Made by a program: the position numbers and the translations under genes. From Rhynchopus sp. YZ270_cl-10 (Eukaryota), in NCBI GenBank assembly GCA_964035575.1, contig OZ037835.1, positions 496,001-560,000 of the forward strand: a stretch of DNA of 64,000 bases. The letters are read 5' to 3'. Below the pieces are notes generated by a model, which was not told the origin of the DNA, ran no database searches, and saw nothing but the letters and a program-made list of their open reading frames with translations. Below, one piece after another: positions 56,723 through 64,000 of the stretch (its first letter is position 1; every line of letters starts with the position of its first letter).

Positions 56723-57558
56723 TAGCCTAGGGGGGTAACCCGGGGGGGTTTAAATACACAGCGTGCCAGACCCACAGAGGCACCTGATTTTTGTCTGAAA
56801 AAAATTGGTAGAGTTTTGGTGGTGTTCAAACACTGCCTAATTAATTGCCAGTCAAAAATCAGGTGGGGCAGACACTAAAAAGGGTTCTCGTGTTTGAACC
56901 CCAGAAATGCACGGACTACAGTCACGCAAGGACGCAAAGGGATGGAAGAGGGTGCATCTACTAAGGACTGCATCGCAAACAAGTGAAGCGCGTCGTTCCA
57001 ATGTTCCAAAACGTCCTATGTGCTGCTTGTGTGCATTTCAACAATGGTCCATACCACAGCAACGAACGGCAACAAGGTTTGATAAAAAACAAACAAAAAT
57101 CAAACAAAGAACACAAATAACGAAGAACAGTTGGGTAAGACGAGGCCCAGCACTTCCTACGTGAAATGCAGTAAGGGCAAACTAACTTCCCAGGGGTTGC
57201 AGAAAAAAATGGAGGGAGGGGGGTTTTTAGTTGTTCGCGCAGCGTCCCTCAGGGTTCTTAGGGCCCTGGAGACAATGAAAATCACTTTGGTAGAAAAAGT
57301 TCGAGGATGTGAGCTTCACATTAGAAAACTGATAGGTCAACAAAAAGGAGCCAATAGAAAAGGTCAGAAAAGTGAAAGTCCTGAAGTAGATGGTGATGTG
57401 TGAGAAGGGAGGAGCACAAATGAATAAGTAAAAAAAGTTAGAAATCAGTTAGAGCGACCGTAGCATTTCCCCTGTCAACTTCGCTCAGAATCAACAGGGA
57501 CGTAAAGGTTGTCGAATTTGTCATGCTACTAACTAGCATTGCCGGCTGACGCACCCGG

Positions 57559-60183
57559 CTAGTGCATGTCCACAACCTCTGGTACGTAGGCCTTCTCCCG
57601 CACGTACCTGATGAGCTGTGCGTACTGCCCATGTTGGTCAGCAGCCACACCCTCAAGCAGAGCAGAAGCCTGCCCAAAGTCCTGTTTGATGATGTGCTCA
57701 AAAGCTTCGGTCCACAGCGCGTTAGGGTTGTTTGCGGCAGACTCCAGCTGGTACATCCACTCCTCATTCGCTACACTGCACAAACTCTTCACAGCGTACA
57801 CAACCTGCGCAATCTCACTCAACTTTGCGAACAGCACCGCACCTGCACAACGCAGCACCACCTGTCCCTCCAGCTCACGCGACAGAATACGGTCAACCAC
57901 ACCAGGCAGGTTGTGCTTCTTGTTCCAACGCTCAAGCACAACCACCCACGACATGCACTGTGCCAGAATCGACACCTTCTTCATCCCGTTGCAGCCCATG
58001 TTCCCGACACGTGCCTCGCCTGTCGTGCACCCGTACGAGATCTTGTGCACATCACCAAGTGATGTTGCCACTTCGTGTGCAGCCTTCACACAAGCAACAC
58101 GATGTGACGCGCTCGGAACAAAGGCGTTGAAGGTGGCAAGCATCTTGTCCCCTGCGAACGTGTCGCACACACCTTTGTTGTGCTGCACTGCTGACATGAT
58201 GTGCTCCACAATACCACCGTGTGCAGCGAGAACTTCTGCATCTTTGCGGTTCTTGCAGAAGTCATGCCACGACACGATGTTCATGTGTGCCAGCGACACC
58301 TTCTTCTTCTTCAGACCCTCCACACGCAGCAGTGCCTTCTGTGTCTGCATCACCTCTGCGGAACTATGCGTGTGCGAGTGCTGCGACAAGGCAGACTGAG
58401 ACTTGGTGTCCCGTGTGGCCGACTCTGTGCCAGAGACTTCTTCGCTATGTTCACTGTCGTTGACAAGCACACTCTGCGGCATGTAGTTCCGGTACTCCAC
58501 CAGGTTCGCCACCATGGTAACAAAACTGCGCTGCATCATCCCCACTTCACTCAGCTGCGACACTGCACGGCCCGTGTCCACAGCCTCCAGGTCCATCACA
58601 GCCACACTTGCCATCTCACTCCCAAGCTTCAGCAGAGGGGACGTGATGTAGCGTGTGAACACAACAGCAATGGCCAGGAGTACCGTGATCGCAATGACTG
58701 TCACAACCACCATCACAATCACCGCATCCTCCTTCTGTGCGTCTGCAGAGGACAGATCTGATGCCACCTTCGCACGGATTGCATTCGTCGACGCATCAAT
58801 CGTATCCATCACAGACTCTCTCGGCACAAGAAGGTTGGCGTACCACAAGATCGTTCTGTGCTTGATCTCTGACGTCATTGTCCAGTACTCCGAGCTGTTC
58901 GAGTCAGACCACTTCAGGAAGGACTTCTCTGTCATCTCCACAAGGTCTCTGTAGTTCTGTGGGTGTGTGAACACAAACCGCCCATGCTCTGCAATCACTG
59001 AGGGGATGTGCGACGTGGCGTCTTCCATTGAGTGGTTCGTTATGTTGATGGTTGAAGCAATGTCAATGGTGAAACCAAGCGGAGGAGGGAAGTACGTGGA
59101 CACCAGTGTGACATGACGTCCTCTGTTGTACGCCACAACCAACCCAACTGACTGTGTCCGCACGTCTTCCTCAACAAGATAGAGTGATGTGCCAGTGGGA
59201 AGCAGCTGGGTCTCGACTGCCTCTCTGACTCCATCTGCCGTCACAGTTGCACTGACGTAGCCAACACGTTTCCCCTGCTTGGGGTACATCGTGTACATCT
59301 CTGGGTGGGTGTAGGTGTAGCTCAGATCCCAAGATATATAATCCCAAATAACATTCATGTGTGAGTACACAAGCTCGTCGGCAGGATCGAGCGGTGGATC
59401 ACCGTCATGCAGGTTGTGCAGTTGTCTTCCACGTTGTGCCGCGACTGCGGGCGTCTCAATCAGGGACATAGGAAAGAAACACATGCCCCTGGCTTCACCC
59501 TTGATATAGTTCGGGAAGTAGTTGCACGGAAGCGTCAGGTCTTTGGGCCCACCTAGGTTGTTCGCTTCAGTCATTAGACCGTAATGGCCCATGCCCCCCT
59601 GAAACGTGAACGGGTCTCGAACGTCAAACATCAATAGAGGTGCTGGGGCGTTTGGGTCGAGCACACCTGCAGTGGGGTCCGCTATCCATATAGATGTGAG
59701 TGACCCCCATCCTGAGAACGTGCTGTTCATGTCGCGAGTCCATGGAATCGGGTGCGCATTACACCAAGGGTACGTCTCATGTTTAATGTCGTGCACTCCA
59801 GATGACTTGGCAGCTCTTAAAGCTGACGCGACGGCGGGACGCATGGTTGTGGTGCTAAAGGCAGGAGAGGTGCTGACATCTGGGTGGTGAGCCTGCGCAA
59901 GGTTTGCAAGTGTCGTGAGAAGCTGCTCAGGCACCTGCAAGTACTCCTTCACTGCAGCGTCCACACTGCCAAGGACGGAGCGCAGGTAGCGCGACGAGAC
60001 TGTTTCGATGTCCGCCGTACCACTGTCGAGACACATCCCAAAGCCCTCGTCACCTGTGTCACGTGCCTTCTCCAGAAGGTCGTCCCATGTTGTCAATGTG
60101 AAGCCACCGATGATCGCACCTGTCGACAGAATCAGCACCACACACAGCAGCACTGTCAGCGACTGGATGCTGCATGTGGTCAT
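57559..60183 (-). CDS. Receptor-type class III nucleotide-cyclase-like protein, copy 2 (TM - ectodomain - TM - HAMP - degenerate cyclase)
   Basis: Two hydrophobic segments, a HAMP-like ITSPLLKL...SEVGMMQRSF, and a cyclase fold pattern DTFAGD and G.TTGEARVGNMG. Confidence 0.88.
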   Translation of the reverse strand: MTTCSIQSLTVLLCVVLILSTGAIIGGFTLTTWDDLLEKARDTGDEGFGMCLDSGTADIETVSSRYLRSVLGSVDAAVKEYLQVPEQLLTTLANLAQAHHPDVSTSPAFSTTTMRPAVASALRAAKSSGVHDIKHETYPWCNAHPIPWTRDMNSTFSGWGSLTSIWIADPTAGVLDPNAPAPLLMFDVRDPFTFQGGMGHYGLMTEANNLGGPKDLTLPCNYFPNYIKGEARGMCFFPMSLIETPAVAAQRGRQLHNLHDGDPPLDPADELVYSHMNVIWDYISWDLSYTYTHPEMYTMYPKQGKRVGYVSATVTADGVREAVETQLLPTGTSLYLVEEDVRTQSVGLVVAYNRGRHVTLVSTYFPPPLGFTIDIASTINITNHSMEDATSHIPSVIAEHGRFVFTHPQNYRDLVEMTEKSFLKWSDSNSSEYWTMTSEIKHRTILWYANLLVPRESVMDTIDASTNAIRAKVASDLSSADAQKEDAVIVMVVVTVIAITVLLAIAVVFTRYITSPLLKLGSEMASVAVMDLEAVDTGRAVSQLSEVGMMQRSFVTMVANLVEYRNYMPQSVLVNDSEHSEEVSGTESATRDTKSQSALSQHSHTHSSAEVMQTQKALLRVEGLKKKKVSLAHMNIVSWHDFCKNRKDAEVLAAHGGIVEHIMSAVQHNKGVCDTFAGDKMLATFNAFVPSASHRVACVKAAHEVATSLGDVHKISYGCTTGEARVGNMGCNGMKKVSILAQCMSWVVVLERWNKKHNLPGVVDRILSRELEGQVVLRCAGAVLFAKLSEIAQVVYAVKSLCSVANEEWMYQLESAANNPNALWTEAFEHIIKQDFGQASALLEGVAADQHGQYAQLIRYVREKAYVPEVVDMH

Positions 60184-60860
60184 TGCTGTGTATGACCTGG
60201 CATGTGTAGAGATTCATGGGCTTGGGGTGTAGAACAGAAGGCTTTAAGACCCAAAAGTGAAACCGCAAAAGGTTGCACACTGCAAGAAACCAAAGTACAC
60301 CGTGACGACCAACACCTTTCTGTCGAGCACCGCGAGCAGGATTGGCAGGTGGGTGTGGGTACAGAATATGCGCGGGTGGGGGTAACCTTCGTTTTTTTTT
60401 CACAATTTTCTAAGACGTTCAGAGCCGTTTGAACGTCTGCCACAACATCGGAGGGGGGTAGTGGAAAAATGGCTTTTTGAACCAATGCGACAGTCAAGAA
60501 AACAGTCCACAGAGAAATGAAGACGCTCAGTGTTCTTATAAAGGCTTTGTAGAGGAGAGCCATGGGGAGGGAAGCGTACGCCGGCACGCCGACTGCGAGT
60601 CGGGTTGCTTTGGGTTGTGCAACGTGCACCCAGCGAAACGTGATACGCATACCAATTTAAAAAAAAATGTCCTTTTCTTCTCGAAGCTTGCAAAATAATG
60701 CAAAATAAAGGGGGAGAGCGAGAGAGAAGGTGGTCACATGGCACGGTGCCTCCATACGGAGGGAGGTGCCATGTAGTACCTGCCTGCCTGAAGAAAAATA
60801 AAGAAAAAGTTTATAAGATGATTCTAAGCCTCTCGTGCTTAGTCACCTTAAATAAACATA

Positions 60861-62101
60861 CACGGTGGCCAGTTTGAGTGGGACAGCGTCAAAATGTGAC
60901 GTTATTTGGGATAGCGTACGCTATCCCGTTTGGGATAGCGTCTGGGATAGCGTATGCTATCCCAGACGCTATCCCGCGGGATAGCGTACGCTATCCCAGG
61001 GAGAGCGTCTGGCCACCCAGGCACCCAGGTACCCAGGTACCCAGGTACCCAGGTACCCAGGTACCCAGGTACCCAGGTACCCAGGTACCCAGGTACCCAG
61101 GTACCCAGGTACCCAGGTACCCAGGTACCCAGGTACCCAGGTACCCAGGTACCCCCCAATGACATAACGAAGTATCGCTTGAAAGTACCGTTCAATATAC
61201 GTTGCTTGGTGTGCAGTGAAGTAGGACACAACAAGGTATATCAAACGATAAATCAATCAAGATAAACGTTACATCATCGGAAAATTGTTGGCACCGCCGC
61301 CCTGTCTTCGTATTTATTACGTCGACAGGCCAAACAGCGTTGGGCTCAGAAGAAGCAGTGTAAAACACTGGGGATCAACATGAGAACCAACTCCCAACAA
61401 CACAGGCTACCGAAGTAGCAGGTGGGGTGTTGCGGGTGTTTGGGGTGAAAGAAAATCGATTTTGGTAAGTTACAGCAGAAAATTCTTAAGTTTGCACTAG
61501 TCGAGAGAGGCTTACCCGCTGCAGTGAAGCAGTGCACCCATTTAAGGATGGAGAAGCGTGACACGCACATACAAGTATGTACGTTACTTCAACAAAGGCT
61601 GAATTCTGGTAATTCTAAGGGATGTGAATTCAGCCACCACGCAGGTAGTGTTTTAAAGTTCCTCGCTTTGTTCTGCACAGCGGGCTTATGATACAAAGGA
61701 GTTGCCCCCGCTCTCTTTCGCGCAAACTTAAGAAAATTCTGAAGTAACTACAACCTGGCGTGCGGGTACAGATGCATTGCTTTGTTCTTTCCTCAAAGTC
61801 ATGTGTGATCTCTCGGGTCTGTACTAAAGTCAGTGTTTAGATAAGCATCCACTTGACTCGTTCTAACAACCGTTGAAATCTAGAACAAAACAATACACTG
61901 CCCCTTCTCACACCAAGCCGCCATGCTTCAAGAGCATGCCCTGGGCAAAAATTACTCTGACAAAAATTGGTTTTCTGGGGGAACGCAATATTTTCTTGTG
62001 CCTAGTCCTCCGCAAGCAGAGGACAGACTTTCTGGATCCCGAAGTCGAATTTCTTGCACTAGCTATGCTCCCTGGGTTAAATGGCTATAGCAGTGACTGA
62101 C
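60861..62101 (+). mobile_element. CACTA/CMC-like element C (left end and diverged core; right end not found)
   Basis: Starts CACGGTGG, followed by palindromic GGGATAGCGTACGCTATCCC subterminal repeats (60908-61010) and (CCCAGGTA)n at 61016-61154. 61290-62101 is homologous to the 15460-16195 core. Confidence 0.7.
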
Positions 62102-63036
62102 TAAGAGAGTTTATAATAATTAGGGTGGTCTATGGGGTGGGTTAATGGAAAAGTTGGTTTCTAAACCCGACTTTTACGGCCTCCACCTGGTTTTGAAATA
62201 ATTGCACCGTCGGCACTGCTTCGCTGTCACGATGAAGGGTCGTCGGTTCGGGTACCTGTTAAGAGAAATTGAATGTAAAAGTAGAGACTACAACAAAAAA
62301 AAACAAAACAAACAAACAAACAAGAAGCCGCACCGTACTCCTTAAACGTAAAAGTGACATTTTTGTTGACAAAAAAAAAAAAAAAAAAAAAAAAAAATGA
62401 AACCGCACCCTACTTTTCCTTTTTATGTTTTTCCCCCACCCCCGAAAACAATAAAGCAATAAAAACAATAAAGACAAAAGGGAGAGGTTGTGGTGAAACG
62501 CACACACCTCGACCTGTCGGTGAAATGTGGCTCTACTCCAGCCCGCCCCGGATTAGAAAAATGGAAAAAAGGATGGGAGTAGGGTACGGTGTTCAATTTC
62601 CTTTTAGCATTGCATGTAATCATAAAAAAAAAAAGATTCAATTTACATCTGAGCGGGACAATGTCGAAAAGGGGGAAAACCGGGGGTTTAAAAACATACC
62701 TTGCACTCGGCCTACTCTCCCCATCGATAATACGGCTCGCGCGGGGTGGCCGTATTTTGGCTGAAATTTCGACTTGACAATTTTTTTCTTGAACTAGTAA
62801 ATCTGAGGTTCCCTTGGATTTTTTGAGTGATAAAAAAAATAGAAACTAACTTTCGGTTCTGAATAAAAAGAAAACAATGAAAAACAACTTTTTCGTTTAT
62901 CGCTCCGCAAGCTTGTTGTGTTTTTTCGCTGAAGTGTGTGTTGTATGATAGAGAAAAAATAATGAGTGAGAAAACACAAGCTGGCGGGCACGCACCTTCC
63001 GTCGTTTCTATTTCCTATTGTCAAGTACCTTGATTT

Positions 63037-63334
63037 CAGGCACTCCGCTAGGTACTAAAGTTCTGTTGATTGTCAACAGAACTTTTTGAAAATGGGGAAA
63101 AAAAGAAAAAAAAAAAAAGTTCTGCTAAGTGGTTCAGACCCGTTCTACCTGTCAAAAAAGCTCAGGAGAAGAAGATATGGAGAGGTGAGTGCTCAAACGT
63201 CCCAAAAAAGTCAAAATCGGGCGTTGGTAAAAAAAAAAGTTGCGTACCGTGCGCCTGCGGCGCAAGCATGTACCCCACCAACGTGGACCATCAACAGAAT
63301 ATTTTCAAAATCGGAAATCCTAGCGGAGAGCCTG
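63037..63334. mobile_element. Intact hAT-like MITE A, 298 bp
   Basis: TIR CAGGCACTCCGCTAGG / CCTAGCGGAGAGCCTG. 8-bp TSD CTTGATTT at 63029-63036 and 63335-63342. Confidence 0.92.
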
Positions 63335-63507
63335 CTTGATTTACAAAAAAAAACAAGTAATTGCTATCGGAAAAAAAACCGGGTGTGCTGTGGAACTCCA
63401 CTCTGAAAAAGATATAATCTACAACACGCCAGCATTCTGCTCTTCTGCAGGTATGCTAAAACGCTCTTCGTACGCTGGACCCACTGGGATGCCTGCATCT
63501 GAAACCT

Positions 63508-63759
63508 TTAAACAGTGGGGCTGTCCTCTTCGTCCAGCACCATCTGCTCCATCGCGTTATTGGACGTAGTCTCGGCAGGCTCGATAACCATTCGCTCGGG
63601 CGGCCTCGGCATGTTCCAGCTCGTAGTCGTCCACAGGCTCCCACGCATCGTCGCGTCATCAGAGCAGTGCGGAAGGAACACATAATGCACAGACGACAAC
63701 ACGTCGTCGATCGCACCAGGCATCGTCACATCAGTACCTCCAGAAAATCGCCAGGATGC
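63508..63759 (-). other. Possible terminal exon or gene fragment
   Basis: GC-rich, coding-like frame (SWRFSGGTDVTMPGAIDDVLSSVHY...) downstream of a possible AG acceptor. No recognisable domain. Confidence 0.25.
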
Positions 63760-64000
63760 TATGGTGGTTTCGAAAATCGCGCGGAGTTATCCACATCACA
63801 CCCCATTTTTTTTCTTAGCAATTAGTTGTTCTTGTTATTATTGTTTTCCTCACACCTTCCTTCAACCCTTGTAGGATCAGTTCGTATTTTTTTTCGCGAA
63901 AACATGAAATTACACATTTCAAGAGAACAAAAAATTAAAAAGGGTTCGCCCCCTCAGTGGGACGCCGTAAACCATACTTCCTCAGTGTCAGCCGCATCAT

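Overview
Eukaryotic, transposon-rich nuclear DNA, most likely from a euglenozoan and probably a diplonemid. This is inferred from four things: every host gene lies on the minus strand in one co-oriented cluster, there is a GTATG...CAG cis-intron, an LSU rRNA fragment has a euglenozoan-type sarcin-ricin region, and a spliced-leader-like relic is present. Host genes: three tandem NLS-ankyrin-repeat paralogues (one frameshifted), a two-exon protein with three cNMP-binding-like domains, two purple acid phosphatases, an SLC43/LAT3-like MFS transporter, three ubiquitin-like + 25-aa LRR paralogues, a glyoxylate/succinic-semialdehyde reductase, and two receptor-type class III cyclase-like paralogues with degenerate active sites (one frameshifted). 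The intergenic DNA is a patchwork of nested MITEs, CACTA/CMC-like elements, Crypton-like relics, retroposon ends and microsatellites. The most striking structures are: (1) a four-level nest of mobile elements in the intron, hiding a retro-insertion that begins with an SL-like 13-mer and ends in poly(A); (2) six abutting fold-back cassettes (18521-20996) with tyrosine-recombinase relics and similar 6-bp junction cores; (3) one non-autonomous element core carried by unrelated sets of terminal repeats; (4) UBL-LRR paralogues with variable repeat number and hypervariable surface positions. All alignments were made by eye and no database searches were run.
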